The translations under genes and the position numbers were made by a program. Positions 50,069 to 59,695 of a stretch of DNA of 64,000 nt are shown piece by piece. This DNA comes from Williopsis jadinii (Eukaryota). The notes under the pieces are model-generated. The model had not been told where the DNA came from. It did no database searches and saw only the letters and a list, made by a program, of their open reading frames with translations. The DNA lies in the NCBI GenBank assembly GCA_024346625.1, contig AP024664.1, positions 124,001-188,000 of the forward strand, read 5' to 3'. Numbering within the stretch: position 1 is the stretch's first letter; each line of letters starts with the position of its first letter.

Positions 50069-51802
50069 TCATTCATTCATGTCGATGTCCCACTGTGCTG
50101 AGATATCCCATCTGCTACCTGGAGCGTTATAGCTCACGTATTTGACAAACTTCAAGACACTTGGATCTCTAACCATCAACGTGAACTTGTTCCAGCACGC
50201 CTGAGTGTTCACCAACACCGAGTCGTCACCATCAGCAGAGCTCTTATAGATAGCTGGATCATCGCCTTCTTCATCGTCGTCATTTGTAGCCATACACAAT
50301 TCATAACCTCCAAATTCACCAGATTCCCAATGCTTTGAAGGTGTCAAGTTCAACGTACCTTCGAGAAGAGCATCTTGTTTGGAATCAGAAGTGTCAACTG
50401 ACGTTGCGAGGATGAAGTCATGGCCTGGTCTAAACCTTCTGACGATGATCTGGTCAGAGATTGGAATCAAATCAGTTATGATTCTAAGCCATTTTTTGAA
50501 ACTCTTAGACTTCATAAACGAGCTCAACTGTGTCAATTCCCTTGTAGTCTCATCCTTTGCCATTTGATTGGTCAACTGGAAGTTTGGAGATTCCTGAACT
50601 CCGTTGTTGGCCAATTTGACACCTTCGACGGTCCACTCTTCAGGTTGTTTACCATCCATGTACATGAACCTCCATTTATGTGGAGGAACAGCCATTTTCC
50701 AAGGAAACGAGACTTCTTCACGACGTTTAGGCATGACAGAGTCGAGTTCATGAGAACGAATCAGCTTGTGCAAGTGCTTTGCATAGTCATGGTTCAAGAG
50801 ATCGTCGATTTGCAAGAGGTTCTCCTCTACAAACTTCTTCTGCAAAGACACCAGCTTGTCAGAGGTGAGCAGCTCTGGATTCATATACTTGGATAGGAAT
50901 TCCAAATCGAAAGCGTCCAGTGGATTACCATCTGTGTATGACTTGATCTCATACGAGGAGAATGGCAATCTAACCTCCTTAGGGAAGTCGTACTCTTGTA
51001 GCTCCTTAGATTCCAGCTGCTGTAGAGTGGACTTCGCCTCTGTTTCCTCCTGCTCGCCCTCGATGAACCCGTCTTCACCTCTCTGTGGTATATGGTACCA
51101 GCCTTGAATGGACAATCTCTGCTTGTCCACTCTCACCTCTTCAACGTCGTGGAAGCTCAAGCCTGGCTGCACTTTGAAGAAGGCCATCTCGTTAAACTGA
51201 GGAATGAACTTATGGGAGTAGTCACACTCAGGCACGTTAGGAACCAGCGCAGGAAACAGTCTCAGAGCACCACCGTAGTGTTCCTTCCAGTGCTTATCTG
51301 GGTCCGGCAGGTATAGAATGAAACTCACTCTTCTCGAGCCTATAACGTCATCGTGGGTCAGCAGATGACATCCTTTGGTGTACGTGTTGATACTCATGTC
51401 AGTCTTGACACCACTGAGCTTGCCACACTGTGTCACTTCGGAAACAAGGTCTCTGAACTCTTGCGAGTAGAGCGCCTCTCTCAGCTTGAACACCGAAGGC
51501 AGCCTGGACAGGTCGTCCCAGTCCAGTCCGGACAGATTCGCCAAATCGCCCGACTGGAACACCTTGTAGATGTCAGTCTCCTTCAGCGTGAAGTGGATCT
51601 CCTTCTCAACCTCCTTGCGAACGTTTCTCAGCAACGTGTCGTCAAACAGGTGGTGGAAGTGGCCCCATCTATAGGGCTGCGACTCTTTGATTGACTTCCT
51701 CAGCGACTTCACGTGCTCCTCATCAAAGATCTGTGCGCCAAAGCACTGCCTGGTGTCCTCCTTGTTGAACTGCGTGTTCTGCTTCTTAGCAACAGGTGCC
51801 AT
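50069..51802 (-). CDS. TPA1: uS12 prolyl hydroxylase (2OG-Fe(II) dioxygenase)
   Basis: KETDIYKVFQSGDLANLSGL, HLLTHDDVIGSRRVSFILYL, SFHDVEEV, RLSIQGWYH. ATG at 51802. Confidence 0.96.
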   Translation of the reverse strand: MAPVAKKQNTQFNKEDTRQCFGAQIFDEEHVKSLRKSIKESQPYRWGHFHHLFDDTLLRNVRKEVEKEIHFTLKETDIYKVFQSGDLANLSGLDWDDLSRLPSVFKLREALYSQEFRDLVSEVTQCGKLSGVKTDMSINTYTKGCHLLTHDDVIGSRRVSFILYLPDPDKHWKEHYGGALRLFPALVPNVPECDYSHKFIPQFNEMAFFKVQPGLSFHDVEEVRVDKQRLSIQGWYHIPQRGEDGFIEGEQEETEAKSTLQQLESKELQEYDFPKEVRLPFSSYEIKSYTDGNPLDAFDLEFLSKYMNPELLTSDKLVSLQKKFVEENLLQIDDLLNHDYAKHLHKLIRSHELDSVMPKRREEVSFPWKMAVPPHKWRFMYMDGKQPEEWTVEGVKLANNGVQESPNFQLTNQMAKDETTRELTQLSSFMKSKSFKKWLRIITDLIPISDQIIVRRFRPGHDFILATSVDTSDSKQDALLEGTLNLTPSKHWESGEFGGYELCMATNDDDEEGDDPAIYKSSADGDDSVLVNTQACWNKFTLMVRDPSVLKFVKYVSYNAPGSRWDISAQWDIDMNE

Positions 51803-52096
51803 TCTCAACCGCTGTCGTCGTGTCTGCCTGCCTGTCTGCCTGCTCGTGGAAGGAGATGGGAACGATGAACAGAGATGAGCCCATAATTTTCCCTCTGCGC
51901 ACCCGTAGGCTCGAGCCTACGGGTGCGCACATGATGGCCTGCGATGGCCTGTTGCACATAACAAACCGCCTAGTGCCCGCTGTTTGGTGCCTACGATGCG
52001 ATTAGACGGACGATGGAGCGTACATTTCTATGTAGTGGTGGCAGTAGCAGTGGCAGTAGCAGTGGCAGGATGCGAGAGGCTGGCGAGTGGGCACAC

Positions 52097-52381
52097 TCAT
52101 CCATGCTTTGCACGGTGGTGAGGGTCCAGAGGCTCCACAACCAGCTTCTCGAAGGTGTACATCTGGCTGATCTTGGATTGTCTCTTCAGCACCTCCAGTT
52201 CTTCCCTGGCCTTTTGGAATTGGACATCCACCTGCTCGCTGGTGTCGAGTGACTTGCCCTGCTTGAAGGCATCGCGCGATCTTCTCAAGAAGTAGTTTCT
52301 GAAGTTGTAGTTGGAGAACTTGGAGGCGTTACGCACGAACTCCCGGTAGAGGGAAAGCACCTGCTGCTTTGTAGGGGACAT
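52097..52381 (-). CDS. ISD11: LYR-motif Nfs1 partner Isd11
   Basis: VLSLYREF...F.NYNFRNYFLRR..DAF, LKRQSKISQMY..EKLVVE. 94 aa from ATG at 52381. Confidence 0.95.
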   Translation of the reverse strand: MSPTKQQVLSLYREFVRNASKFSNYNFRNYFLRRSRDAFKQGKSLDTSEQVDVQFQKAREELEVLKRQSKISQMYTFEKLVVEPLDPHHRAKHG

Positions 52382-52759
52382 TACTGGTGAAACCGGCTGA
52401 TATTCGGAGAGAGGGCGGACAGCGTGTGCGACGAGCGTTGGAGAGGCGTTGGAGGTTGATTTTCCCACTGTTTCCACCGTATACGACGAGCTCAGGATTG
52501 GCCACTTGGAGAGGAAGCTGGTTGCGTCGACATTCCAATTCGCCTCGCTTCCGGAGAAACGCCCTTGGGGTAGCAGGACAGCCCCGGAAGAGCCCGGAAG
52601 AGCCCTCGGAATATTACGTAAGCAGCGTTCTGCTGGAAAGTGTGCTTTTCAGAACATTCTGAAATGGTGTAGATTCTGAGAGAAATTCCTCTTTGATACA
52701 ACGGAGGGCACTACCAGGACATCACACAGGAAGTGGAAGAGGAAGAAGAGCATACAGCG

Positions 52760-53155
52760 ATGATAACGGGAAACACACAGGTGGACTACACGCTTGTGAT
52801 CCTCTTCAGCGTGGCCAAGACGTCGACGCTCAAGCTGCTGACGCTTGTGCAGAGCCTGTTCATAAACTATCCAGACGTCGCACTTGTGTCTCTCATAGTG
52901 GTGGGCTCGTTCCTCCTGTACTACTTGATTCTCAACGCAGTGAGAATCGTGTACAGCCTGGTGGTCAACGTCATCAAGCTCACGCTGATGCTGTCGGTCT
53001 TGATACTTATCTCGTGGATCTACCTGCGAGGGTTCATAACGTTCCAAAACGACATGAGACTCGTGGTGGACTACACCTCGAAACTGGACCCGAACTCGAC
53101 AATCACACATCTCAAGGAGTACATGGCCGGTATAAGCGGATTCCTGGATATATAG
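52760..53155 (+). CDS. APQ12: Nuclear envelope/ER membrane protein Apq12
   Basis: Small two-TM protein with an IYLRG..F motif; in the TED1/GVP36 syntenic block. First ATG at 52760. Confidence 0.75.
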   Translation: MITGNTQVDYTLVILFSVAKTSTLKLLTLVQSLFINYPDVALVSLIVVGSFLLYYLILNAVRIVYSLVVNVIKLTLMLSVLILISWIYLRGFITFQNDMRLVVDYTSKLDPNSTITHLKEYMAGISGFLDI

Positions 53156-53419
53156 CACCAATGCCATGCTTTAAACCCATCTATACACGTATAGTTAGTG
53201 TCCTTCGCACATAATCGTTGTAGACCATGTCTTCTTACTAAGATGTTACGTAAGCAGCAATAGCTTATTAATATCTTACATAAGCACCCGTCCTCGTGTC
53301 CTTCCCGAACCAGGCGAAGTGCTCCGGGTTTATGGGTCATCGAACCGTTCATGGATACACAACGCAGCCATATTCGTCCATAAGAAGAGCGAACCACTAA
53401 GAGAAAGAGCGTGAACAGG

Positions 53420-54622
53420 ATGGTCAAGGATACTGAATACTACGATGTGCTTGGGATTTCCCCTGATGCGTCGGCTAGCGATATCAAGAAGGCGTATCGT
53501 AAGAAGGCCATGTTGACACACCCTGACAAGAACCCTAATGATCCTGAGGCTGCGAAGAAGTTTCAGGAGGTTGGTGAGGCATATCAGGTTTTGAGCGATC
53601 CAGACCTCAGAAGCCGTTACGATGAGTTTGGTAAGGACCAGGCGTTGCCGGAGGAAGGGTTTGCGGATCCGTCAGAGATGTTCACGGAGATGTTTGGTGG
53701 TGAGAACTTCAAAGATTGGATTGGTGAGCTCAGCATGTTGAAGGATCTGACCGAGACTGCTGAGGTTCTACAGGTTGACGGTAACGGCAACGGTGAAGCC
53801 GCTGCTGAAGCAGCAGCTGACTCTACTGATTTGCAGCACAAGGCTGACTCTGAAGTTGGGGCCAGTGCCACTGGCACTGGCGCTAGCACTGCCAATGCCA
53901 ACGCTAAGAAGAGCAACAAGCTGACAAAGGAGCAACGTGAACAGCTAGTCCAACTCAGAGAGAAGAAGAGAGCGGAAAAGCTGCAAAGAGTTGAAGAGTT
54001 GTCCAAGAAATTGGATGCGAGACTGTCGAAATTGATCTTGGCTATGAAGGATGAAGCAGCTTTCCAGAAATTCATCACAGAGCTGGATAAGGAGATTGAC
54101 GACTTGAAGATGGAATCCTTTGGCTTGGAATTATTACACGTCATTGGTAAGGTCTATCATGTAAAGGCTAATGCTTATCTGAGATCCAAGAAGACCTTTG
54201 GCCTAACCAGAATCGTTTCCTCGCTACGTGAAAAGGGTTCCACTGCGAAGAGCGCGTGGAATATCCTTTCGACTGCTCTCGATGCCCAAAACACCATGGA
54301 AGAGATGGCCAAAGCCCAAGAAAAGGGCGAGGAATGGGATGATTATCAAAGAGCTGAATTCGAGCGTAAGATGACTGGCAAATTCGTTGCAACGGCTTGG
54401 GTCAGCTCCAAATTTGAAGTTCAAGGTGTCCTTCGAGAAGTTTGTGATCAAATCCTTCAGGATAAGTCAGTTCCTTCAAAGGAGAGATCCTTAAAGGCTC
54501 AGGCCTTGTTGATCATGAGCAATGAATTCTTGAAGGCCGAAAGATCTGAGGAAGATGCAGAAGAGGCAAGAGTCTTTGAAGAGTTGATGTACGAAGCCAC
54601 TACTAAACCAAAGAAGAGATGA
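53420..54622 (+). CDS. CAJ1: J-domain protein Caj1/Djp1 family
   Basis: [37 protein letters not shown] (DnaJ-X domain). Adjacent to ISD11/TPA1 as in S. cerevisiae. Confidence 0.9.
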   Translation: MVKDTEYYDVLGISPDASASDIKKAYRKKAMLTHPDKNPNDPEAAKKFQEVGEAYQVLSDPDLRSRYDEFGKDQALPEEGFADPSEMFTEMFGGENFKDWIGELSMLKDLTETAEVLQVDGNGNGEAAAEAAADSTDLQHKADSEVGASATGTGASTANANAKKSNKLTKEQREQLVQLREKKRAEKLQRVEELSKKLDARLSKLILAMKDEAAFQKFITELDKEIDDLKMESFGLELLHVIGKVYHVKANAYLRSKKTFGLTRIVSSLREKGSTAKSAWNILSTALDAQNTMEEMAKAQEKGEEWDDYQRAEFERKMTGKFVATAWVSSKFEVQGVLREVCDQILQDKSVPSKERSLKAQALLIMSNEFLKAERSEEDAEEARVFEELMYEATTKPKKR

Positions 54623-54748
54623 ACTTGTCGTTTTCTATATATAATCATACCTTGTACCATTATATTTCCATTCAGTCGTTTAATTTGTTCTTGATCCTGC
54701 CATTGTCTTTACGAAGGGGGTAATAGTATACTGCTTGCATAGTCTCAA

Positions 54749-56074
54749 TCAATCCCCAGCTTCTTTGGGAAGGTGAACACCATTCACCTCATAATACCTT
54801 GAAACACAGCTCTCCTTCGACCAAGTGATATCGTCTGCTGGGTTACATGTACACCTTGATCTAAGCCTAATATCGATATCCTTCGGACATTGGTTTAAAT
54901 TCAAGTTCTTTAGGGACTTGTCTATGACACCAACATTGTTCATGAATTGAAGCTTTTCACGGCTTTGTAAAAGAGTGACACCAATAGTTCTTATCGTTGA
55001 TTCATCCCAGCCTTCGTAGTATAGTCCATTACGTTCCTCCAGAAATTTTGCCAATCTTTGGTACTTCTCACCACGGAAGAATTTCAAATTACCAACCTCT
55101 AAGCTCGATCTGAAATGGCAACCGTTGAAGCTTTCTGCCTTGTCATCCGAGACAAAGTCCAAAAGGTGATCTGGATCAACGTCATCAGGATTTTCTTCTA
55201 TATAGTTCTTCACAGACGACCAAAGCGTGGGGAATGCTCCAGGAGAATGGCTGGTTGCAAAGGTGAACATATAAGTCTTCTCCATCTTCTTCATATACTC
55301 AAATGGATCCACAGTAAAGTCACAGTACGCAAATGTATCAGGGTTAATCCTCATGTAATAGTCATAGTCCTGTAAGAAGTCCATGTTGAATATTTCCCTG
55401 GACCAAAATTTATTGAAATGCCTTTGGTTGTCATTCTTGGCCTGGGAATCTGATGATTTCATCCTTAACAACTTTCTATGCCTTGAAACCTCTGCTCTGT
55501 TAATGCCACTTGGGAATGAGAGATACGTAGCTCGATCAATCTTGTGGAACAAAACCTTGCCACTAGCTAGTCTGGAGACCGTTCTTTGAAACGACGACGA
55601 ATGGGACATGTCCGAGATGAATACCCAGTCGTAATTATGAGCCTTGTTAAACCGCTCTTCCATCGTAAACACCGTATCCACGATACGCTTCAGGTCCGAA
55701 TTTCGTGCCTGGAGAATGAATGCAGCCCTTATCGGAGTGTTATCTTCGCCACCGTTATCATGGAGATTGCCATCATTATCATCATAGTTATCTTTTACCT
55801 CACCCTTTCCAGAGAAACCATTCACGGGACTCTTCGAATCCTCCACAGGTCGCGGTTCACTATCCATCACCACCGCATCAGACTCGCCCACCGTCTTATC
55901 ACTGCTCTGAGTAGAGCCCCATGCATCGTTCAACGACTGCACAGCACCATCATCAACAACCAACATGCCAATAGTTGTAAAGAGTACAACCACGGCAAAC
56001 ATGGAAAAGACCCACACTTTTGACCTGAGGCCCACCCTGCTCAGCCCATGAACCAGAAACCTGAGCTGTGACAT
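54749..56074 (-). CDS. Divergent GT15 (KTR-family) protein with degenerate active site
   Basis: Type II TM; AAFILQARN, ERFN..HNYDWVF, YDYYMRINPD, GCHFRSSLE, RCTC. The fold motifs are kept but the catalytic ones are altered. Confidence 0.85.
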   Translation of the reverse strand: MSQLRFLVHGLSRVGLRSKVWVFSMFAVVVLFTTIGMLVVDDGAVQSLNDAWGSTQSSDKTVGESDAVVMDSEPRPVEDSKSPVNGFSGKGEVKDNYDDNDGNLHDNGGEDNTPIRAAFILQARNSDLKRIVDTVFTMEERFNKAHNYDWVFISDMSHSSSFQRTVSRLASGKVLFHKIDRATYLSFPSGINRAEVSRHRKLLRMKSSDSQAKNDNQRHFNKFWSREIFNMDFLQDYDYYMRINPDTFAYCDFTVDPFEYMKKMEKTYMFTFATSHSPGAFPTLWSSVKNYIEENPDDVDPDHLLDFVSDDKAESFNGCHFRSSLEVGNLKFFRGEKYQRLAKFLEERNGLYYEGWDESTIRTIGVTLLQSREKLQFMNNVGVIDKSLKNLNLNQCPKDIDIRLRSRCTCNPADDITWSKESCVSRYYEVNGVHLPKEAGD

Positions 56075-56377
56075 CTGCAAGCGAGGGAATCAGCTATAAA
56101 TTGCACTTAGATGGTCCAAAGTTGTGTTCTAGCGCATCGAAGAGCCCGAGACATTTCTAGGCGGTGTTTTGTGCTTAACTACGTGTGTACGTATGTGGTG
56201 TATGTAACTGTGGTTACGAAAAAATCCTCGGCCCTCCGCGAAAATTCCCCGATATAGCGATTTGCTTACAACAAAACGGCGATTTCCCCGTTTCTCATCT
56301 GCTGCCGCGATGTTTCGTTCGGGCACTCCAACAAAAACAAAAACAAAAACAAAATAACGTACACAAAAACGAAAAAT

Positions 56378-56413
56378 GTAAACAAACCCTTTGTTGTTTT
56401 TGCTTCTGTTTAC
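56378..56413. promoter_or_regulatory. Forkhead (Hcm1/Fkh)-type sites upstream of SPC110
   Basis: GTAAACAAA at 56378 and TGTTTAC at 56407. Confidence 0.45.
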
Positions 56414-56604
56414 AAACCAGGATCACTCTAACACAGCGGCTCAGCTCTGAAGCACGGACAGAAGACACACAGATCACTGCTTCTCCATCGCTAAACTATC
56501 TCGAATCCGTTTCCTATAAACCGCTGCTGGTATTGCTGGTATTGCTGGTGCTGCTGGTGTTCACCTTTGTGGGTTGTTGATATTGTTATCGCCATAGCGC
56601 TCCA

Positions 56605-59433
56605 ATGTTCAGGTCAAAGCCGTTGATTGCTACTCCAAGGGAGGCAAAGCAGCCTGCGAACCACAGGCTCGAGTTCACTCCTCTTGGCGGAGAGAGTAAG
56701 CACTCACAGTACGCTGATGGAAGTATGCAGAAGAAGAAGAATGGGAAACAGGACGCTGCTATCCACAACCTCATCAATAACAGTAACTCCTACAACAGAC
56801 GTGCTCTGAAGCCACACAACAGTCCTCAGGATAATAAACTGAACGGTGGCTCGTCGTTCCTGGAAGAGAGCACGTATGACTCTATCATACAAGATACGTT
56901 GAGACAACAACACGATTCAGAGGGGAAGTCCTCTTATTCGCCCATCCATAACGATTTCAACAACAGAGACTTGCTAAACAATGGGTCCAACCCTGTGAGA
57001 CAACAACAGGAGGAGATTTCGGAGCTGAAGAGTGAAAATTACAACTTAAAAGTGAAGATTGCGTCTTTGAATAAGTATCTCAATGCAATTTCCACCCATG
57101 ATCAACAGTTTATCTATGAGGAAAACTCAAAACTACAGGAGCAGATCATAGCGTATCGCTCTGAAATCTCGCAGCTAAATAGAGAGCTTTCATGCCAAAA
57201 GGAATCCGTGTCACACGTACAGGAAGACTCCTCTGAACTAAATCTGTTACAAGAGAAGTTGAATCGTGAAATGGAGGAGAACGACAGGTTAAGGGAGGAT
57301 ATAGAGGCCCAATTTATGGATTTGGAAGAATTGCAGGATAGTCACAAGTCTCTTAAGAAGAGTAAAGAGGAACTAGAAAGAGAAAACTTGGAATTGGAGG
57401 AAAGATTAAGAGAATTGGAGAATACTGAAAGATCACGCGCAAGATCTTCAAGTCCTGTGTCGAAAACCTTACTCAGTGAACTCTATGCTAAAATTGAAGA
57501 TCTTCAAAATGTTAACGAAGACAAAGACCATGAAATACGTCGTTGTGAAAATGAAATCGATGAAAAAGCTGATCTGATTGAAGACCTTGAACAGAAGTTG
57601 AAAGATTGGGAACAGAGATCGTTTCACGATACTGCTGCAGAGTCGAAATTGGAAGAGTTGAAATATTTACTCCATGATAGAGACAGCAAAATTGCACAAC
57701 AGGACCGTGAGCTTCAATTGATAAAGGATGAACTTGAGCATAGCAAATCAAAGACATCAAAAAGTGTACACGAAGTTCAGGATCTAACGAGTGCATTGCA
57801 TAACGCTGAAAGAAAGTTGTCATTATTGGAAGAAGAGCAGGCCAACAGATCGAATGGAGATCATTCAGCTCAACAAATTTTAAATCTCAAGAGGGAGAAG
57901 ATTGAATTAGAGACTGGATTGGAGAGTTTGAAATCCAAAATAAGAGAGTCCAAATCTATCATCGAAGAGCAGAACGATGTGATTGAGGAGCTCAAGCAAT
58001 CATCCTACAAGTTGGAAGAGACTAACCGTGAAAGAGAACGTTTGATGATCAAAATCGAACAACTAGAGAGGGAAAATGAGAGAACCTATAAGGCTTATAA
58101 CGACCTCAAAAAATCTTCACACAGTTCCCAGAAGTCTGAACACGATGAGCGATATTGGAAGGCGGAAATTGATCTCCTTTCAAACCAGATTGAGGATTTG
58201 AATTTTGAGAATAACAAGCTTCAACAAGATTTGGATAGGCAAAGAGCAAATAAATTAGGCAACGACGATTCATATGCAAAGCTTGAGGTCAAGTCTCTAT
58301 CTGCAAAATGCAATGAATTACAGATGGAATTGTCCGACAAGGAAAATTCTTTGCAGAGACTTTCCTCATCCCACAAGAGAGAACAAGAACGTTACAAGTC
58401 TCTGCTTCAAGAGAGAGAGGATGAATTGGTTAAGCTGAAAGATGAGATACGGTTGTTGAAGATTTCGACTACCCAGAAGATTGATGATGAAAAGATTGAG
58501 CTCTTGAGACTTAAGGGATCTAAAGAGGGCCAAGTGAAATTGCTACAAATTGAGTTGGAGAACATAAAAGAACAGAATAAGATAGAGGTTCAATCTTTAA
58601 AGAGCATCATTGAGAAGTTGAGGAAGGACACACCTAAAAACGATTCATTTAAGGAGACACATATCGACAAGAGTGAAGAGCTATTACAGAGTATCACCGA
58701 TAAGAACAACAGAATCAAGTTTTTAACAGAAAAGTTGACAAAATCTCTTGTTAGTATAAAGGAACTTCAATCAATAATTTCCAGCTTGGAGAGATCAAGA
58801 GAAGATTTGAAACTTGACAACAAGAAACTTGAATCAGATGTGGATCAGCTTTCGGCAAAGATATACGAACAGAAAAGAGATATCCAGAATCTCGTTGATA
58901 ATGCTGTTGACTATAACGATTACGACAGCATTCGTATGAAGTTGAAACTCAGAGAGAGACAAATTGAAGAGTTTGATAAGTTGAAACGTGAATTAACAAC
59001 GAAGTATCGGGAAGTGTCTGACGAGAACGACTCATTACAAGGAAAGATTGAAAAAATTGTGAAAAAGTATCGTCAGCTACAAAATTCTGTGAATGACACA
59101 GTGTCACAATCGAGATCGTTGGTCAAACTTCAGGAGAAGGCCGATCTGTACAAAATGAAGAACACCAAGGCAAGCTATAAGATTAGAGACTTACAATTTA
59201 TTAACAACTTTATGGTGAAGTCCATCCAAAGTTCGAACAATCACATAAAGCAAGATATCAAAAAGATGCAAGCGGTTGGCATATATCCCGACTATGACCT
59301 CATTTGCAGAAAGAAGCTATCTTTATCGGTTCTATTCAAGTTTGTTGTTGCTGCTGTGCGTATCAAACGTAAGACAGAGCATAGTGCAAAGAGAAACGAA
59401 AGGATTGAACTTTTGGAGCTAAAACTGTTATGA
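56605..59433 (+). CDS. SPC110: Spindle pole body inner-plaque gamma-tubulin receptor (Spc110/pericentrin-like)
   Basis: FTPLG (SPM-like), CM1 motif RQQQEEISELKSENYNLKVKI, long coiled coil, and C-terminal PACT/calmodulin-binding LSLSVLFKFVVAAVRIKR. Confidence 0.85.
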   Translation: MFRSKPLIATPREAKQPANHRLEFTPLGGESKHSQYADGSMQKKKNGKQDAAIHNLINNSNSYNRRALKPHNSPQDNKLNGGSSFLEESTYDSIIQDTLRQQHDSEGKSSYSPIHNDFNNRDLLNNGSNPVRQQQEEISELKSENYNLKVKIASLNKYLNAISTHDQQFIYEENSKLQEQIIAYRSEISQLNRELSCQKESVSHVQEDSSELNLLQEKLNREMEENDRLREDIEAQFMDLEELQDSHKSLKKSKEELERENLELEERLRELENTERSRARSSSPVSKTLLSELYAKIEDLQNVNEDKDHEIRRCENEIDEKADLIEDLEQKLKDWEQRSFHDTAAESKLEELKYLLHDRDSKIAQQDRELQLIKDELEHSKSKTSKSVHEVQDLTSALHNAERKLSLLEEEQANRSNGDHSAQQILNLKREKIELETGLESLKSKIRESKSIIEEQNDVIEELKQSSYKLEETNRERERLMIKIEQLERENERTYKAYNDLKKSSHSSQKSEHDERYWKAEIDLLSNQIEDLNFENNKLQQDLDRQRANKLGNDDSYAKLEVKSLSAKCNELQMELSDKENSLQRLSSSHKREQERYKSLLQEREDELVKLKDEIRLLKISTTQKIDDEKIELLRLKGSKEGQVKLLQIELENIKEQNKIEVQSLKSIIEKLRKDTPKNDSFKETHIDKSEELLQSITDKNNRIKFLTEKLTKSLVSIKELQSIISSLERSREDLKLDNKKLESDVDQLSAKIYEQKRDIQNLVDNAVDYNDYDSIRMKLKLRERQIEEFDKLKRELTTKYREVSDENDSLQGKIEKIVKKYRQLQNSVNDTVSQSRSLVKLQEKADLYKMKNTKASYKIRDLQFINNFMVKSIQSSNNHIKQDIKKMQAVGIYPDYDLICRKKLSLSVLFKFVVAAVRIKRKTEHSAKRNERIELLELKLL

Positions 59434-59695
59434 TCTACACGAATTTATCAATTTAATGGTTGCTAGACTCCTACATGTAATTTTAAATAGTTATCAAAGT
59501 CGTAAAAGTCATTAGTGTTGCTGGGGCTGTATATAAATTTATATAGGACGAGTGTTTGCCAATGTATCAAGCATTGACGTTCTCGTGCGAACGGTTCAAC
59601 AACCCAACTGTGATTGAACTGCTTCTTGCTCTTGATTCAGAGTCCTGTGAATGTGGTGAAATGTTTGGCATAACCCTGTGATAGTGGTTGGCGTA

